A stretch of DNA of 64,000 nt from Vicinamibacterales bacterium (GTDB taxonomy: Bacteria > Acidobacteriota > Vicinamibacteria > Vicinamibacterales > JAMQPK01). Positions within the stretch are counted from its first letter, which is position 1; the number at the start of each line of letters is the position of its first letter. The translations under genes were made by a program, and so were the position numbers. This document shows, in pieces, positions 44,447-53,694 of the stretch. Below the pieces are notes generated by a model. That model was not told where the DNA came from. It saw nothing but the letters and a program-made list of their open reading frames with translations, and ran no database searches. The stretch covers positions 1,718,329 to 1,782,328 of the forward strand of contig CAWGSZ010000009.1 in NCBI GenBank assembly GCA_963825295.1, in the 5' to 3' direction.

Positions 44447-45046
44447 CTATTGATCGGGCGTCGACAACCGGGCCGAAACGGCCGCAAACACCTGTTCGGC
44501 GATGGCGTCCCTGGTCTGTTCGCCGTCGATCAGCACCCAGCCGGGCTGGCGGGCCTGCCGCTGATAGCTTTCTCGAACGCGGCCGAGCAGCACCAGGTCG
44601 CGCTCGTATCGATCCCGGTCGTGGGCCTTCCGCCTGGCGGCGGTCTCGGGTGCGATGTCCACGTAAACCGTGAGGCTGGCCGGCGGCAGGAAGCGCTGGA
44701 TGTCTTCCAGCCACGCCGCGTCGAGCCCTTGCGCCTCGCCATACGCGATGCTCGACGCCCGATAGCGATCGCACAGGAGAATCAGCCCGCCGGCCATCCA
44801 TTCGAGGATCGCCTCACGCCGCTCGTGGCGGTTGGCCACAAACAGGAGCTGCATGACGTCGGGTCCGTACTCGCGCTCTCCCTGCAGCGCGCGCGCGATC
44901 TCTTCGCCGATCGACGTCCCGTAATCGGGAAACGAAAGCAGCCGCACCTTGCGGCCGGCCTCGCGCAACCGCTCGCGCAATTGCTGGGCCTGCGTCTCTT
45001 TGCCGCTCTGATCGAGCCCTTCGAACGCAATCAATATGCCGGACAT
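44447..45046 (-). CDS. tmk: Thymidylate kinase
   Basis: IAFEGLDQSGK, LLFVANR, CDRY..SSIAYG. Confidence 0.93.
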   Translation of the reverse strand: MSGILIAFEGLDQSGKETQAQQLRERLREAGRKVRLLSFPDYGTSIGEEIARALQGEREYGPDVMQLLFVANRHERREAILEWMAGGLILLCDRYRASSIAYGEAQGLDAAWLEDIQRFLPPASLTVYVDIAPETAARRKAHDRDRYERDLVLLGRVRESYQRQARQPGWVLIDGEQTRDAIAEQVFAAVSARLSTPDQ

Positions 45047-45056
45047 AGGGTGGGTG

Positions 45057-45112
45057 GAATCTGAATCTAAAATCTAAAATCTAGAAACTAAAATCTGAAA
45101 ACTGGAATCTAG
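45057..45112 (+). repeat. AATCT(A/G)(A/G) heptamer array, about 8 units, containing the lysA stop
   Basis: gaatctgaatctaaaatctaaaatctagaaactaaaatctgaaaactggaatctag. Confidence 0.88.
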
Positions 45113-46353
45113 TTCGTCTCGAGAGAAAGCTGATCGTCAATCGTCTGGCGGCGGCGAATCAGCCTGACCTGGCCGGCGTCCACCAGCACTTCCGGCGGCA
45201 GCGACCGCCGGTTGTAGTTGTTCGACATGGCCGATCCGTAGGCGCCCGCGTCGAAAATCGCCAGGGCATCGCCGACCTCCAGCGCGGGCAGACGGCGATC
45301 GTGGCCGAGCGCGTCGGTCGTCTCGCACACCGGGCCCACGACGTCGTAGCAGATCTCGCGCGCCTGGCGGGGCGTCACCGGCTCGATTCGGTGGAACGAG
45401 CCGTACAGCGCCGGGCGCATCAGCTCGGTCATCCCGGCATCGAGCACGGCGAAGTGACGGCCGCCTGCGGCGGGCTTGATGTCCACCACGCGCCCGACGA
45501 GCACGGCCGACGCGCCAACGATGTATCGTCCCGGCTCGAGCGCGACCGGAAAGCCCGAGGGCGCCACGATGGCAAGGACCGCGGCCGCGTACTCGGCCGC
45601 CGACGGCACACGCGAGCCGTCGTAGGAGATGCCGAGGCCGCCTCCGACATCGATGTGCTCGAGCTGAATCCCCGAGTCGCGCAGCTCCCGCGCCAGCCGC
45701 ACGACCTCGCCTGCCCCGCGCTGAATCGGGTCGGTGCTGATAATCTGCGAGCCCAGATGCACGTGAATCGCGACCGGCTGGAGTCCGGGTTGTGCCGACA
45801 TCCGGCGGTACAGGCCGGCCGCCTGCTCGAGGGGCACACCGAACTTGTTGATGTGGAGGCCCGTGGAAATGTGAGGGTGGGTGCCGGCGTCGATGTCGGG
45901 ATTCACGCGCACGGCTACCCGTGCACGCACGCCTCGCGCCTGGGCCGCGCGATCGATCCGCTCGAGCTCGCCGGCCGATTCCGCGTTGATCGCCTTCAGC
46001 CCGAGCTGGACGGCCCGCTCGATCTCGTCCGGCGACTTGCCGACGCCGCTGAAGACGATGTCGGACGGGGAAAAGCCGGCGCGCAGCGCGAGGTCGACCT
46101 CGCCGATCGAGTTCGCGTCGACACCGCTGCCGATTCCGCACAGCAGGCGCGCGATCGCAAACGATGAGTTCGCCTTCAGCGCGTAATGAATGCGATGCGG
46201 ATGAGACCCGAACGCGGCGTCCAGATCGCGGTACGCGGTGCGGATCGACCCGGCGCTGTAGACGTAGAGGGGCGTACCGTGATCGCGCACGATCTGGTCG
46301 AGCGGCACGCCATCACAGACGAGCACCCCGGCGTCGCGAAAAAAGCCTGACAC
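45109..46353 (-). CDS. lysA: Diaminopimelate decarboxylase
   Basis: GTPLYVYS, YALKAN, HVHLGSQ, DVGGGLG, EPGR, GPVCETTD, GAYG. Confidence 0.95.
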   Translation of the reverse strand: MSGFFRDAGVLVCDGVPLDQIVRDHGTPLYVYSAGSIRTAYRDLDAAFGSHPHRIHYALKANSSFAIARLLCGIGSGVDANSIGEVDLALRAGFSPSDIVFSGVGKSPDEIERAVQLGLKAINAESAGELERIDRAAQARGVRARVAVRVNPDIDAGTHPHISTGLHINKFGVPLEQAAGLYRRMSAQPGLQPVAIHVHLGSQIISTDPIQRGAGEVVRLARELRDSGIQLEHIDVGGGLGISYDGSRVPSAAEYAAAVLAIVAPSGFPVALEPGRYIVGASAVLVGRVVDIKPAAGGRHFAVLDAGMTELMRPALYGSFHRIEPVTPRQAREICYDVVGPVCETTDALGHDRRLPALEVGDALAIFDAGAYGSAMSNNYNRRSLPPEVLVDAGQVRLIRRRQTIDDQLSLETN

Positions 46354-46374
46354 GTGGGAATCTTACACTAGGCT

Positions 46375-46953
46375 ATGATTCAGTCGCCGGTGTCCATCGA
46401 AGCGACCATCCAGCGCGCGGGCGACGGCGACCAGGCCGCGTGGGAAACGATCGTCCGCACCTACTGGCGAAAGGTCTTCAACGTCGCGTACCGCTTCGTT
46501 GGCACCTACGAAGAAGCGGAAGATCTGACGCAGGAGATTTTCCTCAAGGTCTTTCGCTCGCTCAGCACGTTCGACCAGCGGGCGAATTTCCAGACCTGGC
46601 TCATCAGCGTGAGCCGGAACTACTGCATCGATCGTTACCGCAGTGGCCGGCGCGATCGCGAGATCTTCGCGCGCGAGGTGAATGCGGCGGACGTCCAGGC
46701 CGAAGCGCCCGGACCCAGCCCGCACGCGCGGGTCGAACTGCAGGATCGCGTCGCCCTGCTGCGCGAGGCGCTGAGGGGCCTGTCGCCCCCGCTTCGCACG
46801 GCGGTGCTGTTGCGCGACATCCACGAGCTGTCGTACCAGGAAATCGCCAGCCAGCTCGGCGTGGCGGAAGGCACGGTGAAGTCGCGGATCAACCGCGGAC
46901 GGGCGGAGCTGGCAAAACAGATCGAAGCCCTTCGAAAGGAAAAAGGGGTCTGA
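46375..46953 (+). CDS. ECF RNA polymerase sigma factor
   Basis: AEDLTQEIF, FQTWL, LSYQEIA..GTVKSRINRGR. Confidence 0.93.
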   Translation: MIQSPVSIEATIQRAGDGDQAAWETIVRTYWRKVFNVAYRFVGTYEEAEDLTQEIFLKVFRSLSTFDQRANFQTWLISVSRNYCIDRYRSGRRDREIFAREVNAADVQAEAPGPSPHARVELQDRVALLREALRGLSPPLRTAVLLRDIHELSYQEIASQLGVAEGTVKSRINRGRAELAKQIEALRKEKGV

Positions 46954-46958
46954 CCCCT
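46944..46958. repeat. Short palindrome AGGGGTC-T-GACCCCT containing the ECF stop codon
   Basis: Read directly. Shares the GGGGTC end with the 11210/62578 palindromes. Confidence 0.6.
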
Positions 46959-46971
46959 GACAGGAGCGCGC

Positions 46972-47307
46972 ATGAGCGTCACGAGCGAACAATCCGGCGA
47001 TGTGGTCGTGGTCAATGCCGCACCGGCGCGGCTCATCCATCCGTCGTTGTCGGAGTTCTCAAAGGCGGTGACCGGCGAAATCGCCAAAGGGTCGCGCAAG
47101 ATCGTCATCAACTTCGGAGGCGTCGAGTACCTCGACAGCGCCGCCATCGGCTGCCTCATGGACCTGTATCGCCAGGCGACCACCGCCGGCGCCACGCTGA
47201 AGCTGGCGGCGCTGCAGCGCCGGGTCGAGACGATGCTCACCCTGACCGGCGTGAACCAGTTCATGGAAATACACAGCGACGCCGCCACGGCCGTCAAGAG
47301 CTTCTGA
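46972..47307 (+). CDS. STAS-domain anti-anti-sigma factor
   Basis: IVINFGGVEYLDSAAIG. Confidence 0.9.
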   Translation: MSVTSEQSGDVVVVNAAPARLIHPSLSEFSKAVTGEIAKGSRKIVINFGGVEYLDSAAIGCLMDLYRQATTAGATLKLAALQRRVETMLTLTGVNQFMEIHSDAATAVKSF

Positions 47308-47317
47308 GAGACCGATC

Positions 47318-47584
47318 ATGCGCACCATAAAGACGACGACGGGCGCGAGCATCAACCTCGACGGCGATCTTCTGGCCATCCTCGAGACCCTGTACCGCGA
47401 GCTGACGGTGAAGCGGAACTTCGAGCGATCGTTCGAGGATATGATCCAGGAGATCAGGCAGCTCATCGACCAGATGACCGACGAGGAACGCCGCACCTAT
47501 CTCACCGAAAGCCTGTTCCTGAACTCGGTGAAATACGAAAACGACCGGGCCGAGGCACTTATGAGAAAATTGACCAAGAAGTAG
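47318..47584 (+). CDS. Hypothetical helical protein (88 aa)
   Basis: Tight operon spacing and normal codon pattern. Confidence 0.7.
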   Translation: MRTIKTTTGASINLDGDLLAILETLYRELTVKRNFERSFEDMIQEIRQLIDQMTDEERRTYLTESLFLNSVKYENDRAEALMRKLTKK

Positions 47585-47586
47585 CC

Positions 47587-48948
47587 TTGTCTCTCAACTA
47601 CCTTTCAACGAGATTCCAATGCACGTGGCCGTGGAGCACGCTCGTCATGCTCTGCGACGGCCGCATCGTCTGTGGCTGCGCCGATCCGTACGGCAAACGC
47701 GTCCTGGGCGACGCAAAGGTCGCCAGCATCGGCGAAATCTGGAACGACACCCGTATCAGCACGCTGCGCGCCGACCTCAACGCCGGCGGCTCGACCTTCT
47801 GCGGTGACTGCCCGCTGAAGTTGCCGCTCCGTGCCGAAGCGCCGAAGGAACGGTCGCTCGACGCCGGACGGCTGCCCAGCCGGCTGTACATCGAATGCAC
47901 GGCCGCCTGCAACATCTCGTGCACCGAAGCGTGCTGCGCGCCGGAAACCGGCATCACGAAGACCCGCAAGGCGGGGATGCTCGACTTCGATCTGTTCCGG
48001 AATGTCGTGGACGAGGCGGGGCCGGGACTGGTGCGCATCGATTTCTTCAATTACGGCGAGGCCTTCCTGCACAAGCGCGCCATCGAGATGTGCGAGTACA
48101 TCAAGGGACGATTTCCGCACATCTATCTGTACACCAGCACGAACGGCCTGATGTTCACCGAAGAATCGGCGCGCCGGCTCGCCCACTCGGGCATCGACGA
48201 AGTCACCTTCTCGATCGACGGCGCTTCGCAGGAGACCTACGTCCAGTACCGCCAGCGCGGAAAGTTCGATCTCGCCATCCGCAATCTGCGGATCATGGCG
48301 GAGGAGAAGCGGAAATCGAGACGGGACGTTCCGCACCTGAACTGGCGCTACATCCTCTTCAAGTGGAACGACAGCGACGCCGAGATGAATCACGCGCGTC
48401 AGCTGGCGGCCGAGATCGGCGTCGACCGCCTGTCGTGGGAAATCACCGACCATCCCGAAAGCTCGTTCTCGCGCCGCTTCGTGCCCGGCACGCCCGACTT
48501 CGAGACCATCAAGAACGAAATCTGGGACATGACCGGTCTGGGCAATGCCATTCCCGGGGCCACGCCCAGGGCGAAGATCGAGATCCGGAAACGCTTCTTC
48601 CCGACGCGCCCCCTGAAAACGCGCGCCGAGAAAAAGCTGAAGATCAAGACGCGGGTGCAGAACGTCTGCGACCGGCCGTTCCCCGCCAAAGCCTCGTACG
48701 GCCGTCGTCTGGTCCGGCTCGGCGCACAACTGTGCGACGAGGCGGGCACGCTCATCGAGCGCGACTACGCCCGCGCGTGGCTGCCAGAAACGCTCAAGCC
48801 CGGTGCGACGCTCGATGTGCCCATCGAGATCGTGGCGCCCAAGACGCCCGGAAACTACCTGCTGAAGTTCGATCTGGTCAGCGAAGGCATCGACTGGTTC
48901 GAAAACAACGGGTCGCCCACGACGCTGAAGCCCCTCGTCGTCAAGTAG
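47587..48948 (+). CDS. Radical SAM protein with an N-terminal SPASM/twitch-like domain and a C-terminal Ig-like domain
   Basis: CTWPW..DGRIVCGC..CGDC; ECTAACNISCTEACC; NYGEAFLH, TSTNG, FSIDGASQETY; APKTPGNYLLKFDLVSEGIDWF. Confidence 0.85.
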   Translation: MSLNYLSTRFQCTWPWSTLVMLCDGRIVCGCADPYGKRVLGDAKVASIGEIWNDTRISTLRADLNAGGSTFCGDCPLKLPLRAEAPKERSLDAGRLPSRLYIECTAACNISCTEACCAPETGITKTRKAGMLDFDLFRNVVDEAGPGLVRIDFFNYGEAFLHKRAIEMCEYIKGRFPHIYLYTSTNGLMFTEESARRLAHSGIDEVTFSIDGASQETYVQYRQRGKFDLAIRNLRIMAEEKRKSRRDVPHLNWRYILFKWNDSDAEMNHARQLAAEIGVDRLSWEITDHPESSFSRRFVPGTPDFETIKNEIWDMTGLGNAIPGATPRAKIEIRKRFFPTRPLKTRAEKKLKIKTRVQNVCDRPFPAKASYGRRLVRLGAQLCDEAGTLIERDYARAWLPETLKPGATLDVPIEIVAPKTPGNYLLKFDLVSEGIDWFENNGSPTTLKPLVVK

Positions 48949-50045
48949 CCGTCTTCATCGCGGTCGCGCGTGGAAACGTTCGCGCCCAGGCCGCGATCTC
49001 GGACGGAGGCCAGCAGTTGATGATGCGATCGGCGGGTATGTCGGCCAGCCGCGCATGCGCGATCGCGTAGTCGGCCATCCAGAGCTGATTGGCGGCGTGC
49101 GCGTCGCTGTCGAGCGCGAACAGGCATCCGGCTTTCTTCGCCGCCGCCGCCATCCGGTAGTCGACGTCCTGGCGCGACACGTCGCCGTCGATCTCGATGG
49201 CCACTCCCGTTTCCGCCGCACGCCTGAACACGGCCGGCCAGTCGGCGACGATGCCCGCGCGCGAATTGAAGATGCGCCCCCGAGGGTGCCCCAGGATATG
49301 CACGCCGGGGATCGCCACCGCCGTGAGCATCCGCTCGGTCTGATCGACGCGCTTGCGCAGGTTCGAGTGCGGCGAGGCCACGACGAGATCGAACTCGGCC
49401 AGTTCCGATGGATGCATATCGAGCGATCCGTCCTGCAGCAGGTTCGCCTCGACGCCCTTGAAGATTCTGAACTCGCCGCCGAATTTGCTGTTCAGTGCGT
49501 CGATCTCGGCATGCTGGGCGCGCATGCCGTCCATGGTCATGCCTCCGGCGATCGACAGACCGTACCAGTGATCGGTCACGCACATGCAGCAATAGCCACG
49601 CGCCAGGCAGCCGTTCGCCAGCGTCTCGATCGTGTCGGCGCCGTCGCTGCCCTGCGAGTGCATCTGAAAGTCGCCGAGGGTACTGCCCCCGTCGAACCGC
49701 GCCGTTCCCCGACTCGCCCAGGACGCGACCTACCATCGCCGCGCTCAGGAAATTTCTTCGAAGCGCGCGCCGTGCTTCGACCTCGTTCTGCTTTCCGCTC
49801 TCCCTCACGATCCGGGCAACCGTACCCGACTCGCCCGTGTCGAGGTATTCGCGCACCACGCGCAGTGAGGCGGGTCCAACCCCTGGAATCAGCAGAATTT
49901 CCCGGTCACTGAGCTCCGACAGGAAGTCGGGGTGACGGCGGATCGAGCGTGAGGCGTTCTTGTAGCCCCAGAACCTGGCCGACGGGCGGTAGACCTCCGA
50001 CAAGTCGAGCAGCAGCGCGGCGATGTCCAGGTTCGTGTCGGTCAT
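48941..50045 (-). CDS. PHP-domain protein with a PolX-like N-terminal HhH domain; frameshift near 49680
   Basis: TNLDIA..YKNASRSI..IPGVG; GDFQMHS..SDG, VTDH, ILGHPRGR, DSDAH. Confidence 0.8.
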
Positions 50046-50611
50046 CGTCGCAGCCGGATACGCCGGGACGAGGGGGTGTCGGCGTGAAGAAGCCTGCGCA
50101 TCCTGGCGAGGGCCTGCCGCCGTTCCGTGTCTTCTTCCGATGCGCAGCAATCGGACGGCACGACGACACGATAGTCGCGCATGTGCGCGTCGGCAGCGGT
50201 AAAGAACACGCAGTTGTCGGCCGCGAAGCCCGCGATAACGACCGTGCGCACATCGCCGGCCAGCAGGAGCGTATCGAGCGGTGTTTCGTGAAATCCGGAG
50301 AGGTGGGGCTTCAACACGAAGAAATCGCGCGGCGTCGGCGCAAGAAGCCTCGCGATCGGCGCGCCGGCCCGTCCCGCCTGGCTGCAATCGGCGACGATCG
50401 CCTTGAAATCAGACCGCCAGCGGCCCCAGTTGTCGTTCACGTAGATGACGGGCACGCCTGCAGCGTGAGCACGATCGCGCAATCGCGCGATGTTGGCCGC
50501 GGGACGGAGTGAGCGGCGCGCCAGCACGCCGCCCGCCGGGAAATCGAACAGATTGATGACGTCGACGAGCAGCACGGCCGTCCTGGCGGACGGAAAGACG
50601 GATCTCGCCAT
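50042..50611 (-). CDS. Isochorismatase-family cysteine hydrolase
   Basis: TAVLLVDVIN, VLKPHLSGF, AGFAADNCVFFTAADA. Confidence 0.9.
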   Translation of the reverse strand: MARSVFPSARTAVLLVDVINLFDFPAGGVLARRSLRPAANIARLRDRAHAAGVPVIYVNDNWGRWRSDFKAIVADCSQAGRAGAPIARLLAPTPRDFFVLKPHLSGFHETPLDTLLLAGDVRTVVIAGFAADNCVFFTAADAHMRDYRVVVPSDCCASEEDTERRQALARMRRLLHADTPSSRRIRLRR

Positions 50612-50639
50612 GCCCCCGTCAGGAGCAAACGAAATGCCG

Positions 50640-52298
50640 TCAGTCGAGCCCGAGCGTTATGAGCAGATCGCCGGCCGGAATCGAGACATATTGCTTGCCG
50701 TCTGCCAGATAGCTGATCGCGGAACCATACACCGCGCCGTTGCTGGTAAACGTCCACAGCCGCTCGCCGGTCGTCGCGTCCAGCGCGAAGATGACCCCTT
50801 CCATCGTGCCGCCGAACACCACGTTGCCGGCCGTGCTCATCAGGCCGCCCCAGGGTGGCGTCACGACGCGATGCTCCCACTTGATGTTGCCGGTGGCGGG
50901 GTCGATCGCAATCGCCTTGCCCCAGCTTTCCTCGGGGGCGAAGCGCGGGCCGCGGCCGCGATTGAACAGCTGCTGCGGCGACGGTCCCGGACCGCCGGGC
51001 TCGGTCGTGGGATGTGGGACTTCGTTCTTGGTATAGACGCGCCGTTCTTCGCGGGCGAACACGTAGAGAAGCTTCGTCAGCGGGCTGTAGCTGTGTGCCA
51101 TCCAGTTCGAGCCGCCGTCGATGCCCGGCCACACCTGGTCGTTGCCTTCCGGCGTCGGCTCCATGCCGGGCCTGACGATGGGCCGGCCGTTCTTCTCGAA
51201 GTCGAACCCGTCGTTCCACGTCTGCTTCACGAACGCCTTCGCCGACAGGAATTTTCCGTTGGTGCGATCGATCAGGTAGAAGAACCCGTTGCGGTTCGGC
51301 CACGCGAGCACTTTGCGCGGCTGTCCCAGAAACGTCGTATCGACCAGGACCGGATTCTGCGTCGCGTCCCAGTCGTGCGTGTCGTGCGGCGTGAACTGGT
51401 AGTACCACTTCAGCTTGCCTGTATCAGGATCGAGCGCGAGCACCGAGCACGAATACAGGTTGTCGCCGGCGCGCATATCGTCGAAGTAGTCCGGCCACGG
51501 ATTGCTCGTGCCCCAGAAGAGCGTGTTCGTGTCGGGATCGTACGAACCCGTGTTCCACGTCGAGGCGCCGCCGGTCTTCCACGAATCGCCATTCCAGGTA
51601 CCGAAGTTCGGCTCGCCGGGCTGGGGGATCGTATTGAAGCGCCAGAGACGCTGTCCCGTCTTCGGATCGTAGGCATCGAGGAAGCCGCTGACCCCGCGCT
51701 CGCCGCCGGCCATGCCGACAATCACCTTGTCCTTGACGATGAGCGGCGCGCCGGGAGCGGCATAGCCACCCGCAGCGGTGTGATCGAACATCTGCGTCTT
51801 CCAGAGCTCGCGTCCGGATTTGGCATCAACCGCGATGACGTGCATGTCGAGCGTGTTCATGAACAACGTCGAGCCGAGCATCGCGAGGCCGCGATTCACC
51901 CGTCCGCAGCAGTTGAACGTGCGCTCGGGGTTGCGATGCTCGTACATCCAGAGCTGCCGGCCGGTGACGGCGTCGAGCGCGTAGATGGCGTTCTCGGGTC
52001 GAGTCAGGTACATGATCCCGTCGACGACCAGCGGCGTCGTCTCGAACTTCTCGATGTGGCGGCCCTGAAACAACCATTTGACCCGCAGGTTCTTGACGTT
52101 CTGCGACGTGATCTGGTTCAGGCGGCTGTAGCGCCATCCGCTGTAGCTGCCGGAATACATGAGCCAGTTGCCGGGCTCCTGGTCGGCCTTCAACAGGCGG
52201 TCGGATGTCACCGGCGCGCTCTGGCCGCTCAACGTCCAGGATGCGGCGGTGACGAGAATCGCCGCGATTGTCCACGTTCCGGCTCGCTTCGAGATCAT
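50640..52298 (-). CDS. PQQ-dependent dehydrogenase (alcohol dehydrogenase type)
   Basis: Signal peptide, NWLMYSG, NCCGRVNRG, GMAGGE, YQFTPHDTHDWD, NRNGFFY. Confidence 0.9.
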   Translation of the reverse strand: MISKRAGTWTIAAILVTAASWTLSGQSAPVTSDRLLKADQEPGNWLMYSGSYSGWRYSRLNQITSQNVKNLRVKWLFQGRHIEKFETTPLVVDGIMYLTRPENAIYALDAVTGRQLWMYEHRNPERTFNCCGRVNRGLAMLGSTLFMNTLDMHVIAVDAKSGRELWKTQMFDHTAAGGYAAPGAPLIVKDKVIVGMAGGERGVSGFLDAYDPKTGQRLWRFNTIPQPGEPNFGTWNGDSWKTGGASTWNTGSYDPDTNTLFWGTSNPWPDYFDDMRAGDNLYSCSVLALDPDTGKLKWYYQFTPHDTHDWDATQNPVLVDTTFLGQPRKVLAWPNRNGFFYLIDRTNGKFLSAKAFVKQTWNDGFDFEKNGRPIVRPGMEPTPEGNDQVWPGIDGGSNWMAHSYSPLTKLLYVFAREERRVYTKNEVPHPTTEPGGPGPSPQQLFNRGRGPRFAPEESWGKAIAIDPATGNIKWEHRVVTPPWGGLMSTAGNVVFGGTMEGVIFALDATTGERLWTFTSNGAVYGSAISYLADGKQYVSIPAGDLLITLGLD

Positions 52299-53116
52299 CG
52301 CTCCCCCTTCAACGAGTTCAAGTACGCGACCATGTCTTCCAGATCCTTGCGATCCATCGTCGCGTATGACGGCATCAGCGACGGCTTGTCGAAGCGGATT
52401 TCCCTGACGTTTTCCATGAGAAACGACCGCAGGTTGTCGCGCGTGTCGCGCAACTGGATGGACAGGTCGTCTCGGTTCAGCCGGACGCCGGTGACCGTCT
52501 GCCCCGACTTCAACACGACCTGTACTCCGCGATACGCAATCGGGACGTCCGTCTCGGGTGCCACCAGCGATTCGGCCAGAAATTTCAGACCGCGGCGGCG
52601 TCCGATTTCGGTGAGGTCCGGTCCGAGGCTGCCCCCCTCGCGTCCGATGCGATGACACGTCACACATCCGCGCTTCTCGTAGACGATCCGGCCGGCGGAC
52701 GAATCGCCCGGCGCCTTCTCGAGCAATCCCTGCGATCCAAGCCGTTTGACGAAGCCCACCATCTGCCACACTTCATCGTCGGTGACGCGCACGGGGGCCA
52801 TTTCGCTTCCCGGAATACCGTTGCGAATCGATGCGTAGAGCTCGGGGTCTCGTCCACCCCGCCGGTAGACGCCCGCCGTGAGATCGGCGCCGCGCCCCCC
52901 TTCGCCGAACGAACCGTGGCAGTACGAACAATGCTTCTGAAAGAGCACTTCGCCCGCACGGATATCGGCCTCCGACGAAAACGGATTGACCTCGGGGATA
53001 GACGCCTGTGGAGGTTGCGGTTCCCGGCCCGCCATCGCGGGATTCTGCGGGACCTGCGCGCGCACGACGGAGGTCAGCAGTACGACGCAGCAACAGAGCC
53101 AAAGTATCCGGTGCAT
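52295..53116 (-). CDS. Di-heme cytochrome c
   Basis: CSYCH and CVTCH, GPDLT, SLMP. Overlaps the PQQ gene start. Confidence 0.88.
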   Translation of the reverse strand: MHRILWLCCCVVLLTSVVRAQVPQNPAMAGREPQPPQASIPEVNPFSSEADIRAGEVLFQKHCSYCHGSFGEGGRGADLTAGVYRRGGRDPELYASIRNGIPGSEMAPVRVTDDEVWQMVGFVKRLGSQGLLEKAPGDSSAGRIVYEKRGCVTCHRIGREGGSLGPDLTEIGRRRGLKFLAESLVAPETDVPIAYRGVQVVLKSGQTVTGVRLNRDDLSIQLRDTRDNLRSFLMENVREIRFDKPSLMPSYATMDRKDLEDMVAYLNSLKGER

Positions 53117-53135
53117 GCGGGGAGTATCGCTCATT

Positions 53136-53693
53136 TTAGACCTCGTAAAGAGCCACATCCTCGATTTCAGTGATCTCGACGGTGTCCCCCTTGATGGCCC
53201 CGATGCGAAACCGGTAAAGCCCCCTTGGAGTTTCGCCGGAGATTCGCGCACCGTCTTCGGCCGCGTCGAACACGCTGAGGTGGCAGCCGCATTCGAACAG
53301 GGGATGCGTGGCGGTTCCGCGCACCATCCGGCCGAGCTGGGCCTGGTCGGTCACCAGATCGACCTGACATTGCTCGTGAGGACAGGTGACGCAAAGTGCG
53401 CTCAGCTCTTCGAGCGACACCGGCGCATCAACCGCCCCCGTGGCATTGCCACGACGGAACAGCACTCCGCTGATGAGGACCCTTCGCGGCTGCGCCCTTG
53501 GGGTCGCCGCCGCCATCGCTTCGGCGACGAACGTCACGGGGCGCCAGGGTGTCACGACGGCCTGGGTGGGAATGCTGACCGGCCGCGTCAGCGTGGCGTA
53601 TTTGATCGGAGCGCCTGCAACCTGGGCCCGCGCTCTCCGGCCAAAACCGGCAAGCGCGAGCCAGGTGGCAATGAAGAACCTCCGCGTGTTCAT
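53136..53693 (-). CDS. Tat-exported Rieske [2Fe-2S] protein
   Basis: TRRFF; CPHEQC and FECGCHLSVFD. Confidence 0.85.
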   Translation of the reverse strand: MNTRRFFIATWLALAGFGRRARAQVAGAPIKYATLTRPVSIPTQAVVTPWRPVTFVAEAMAAATPRAQPRRVLISGVLFRRGNATGAVDAPVSLEELSALCVTCPHEQCQVDLVTDQAQLGRMVRGTATHPLFECGCHLSVFDAAEDGARISGETPRGLYRFRIGAIKGDTVEITEIEDVALYEV

Positions 53694-53694
53694 G

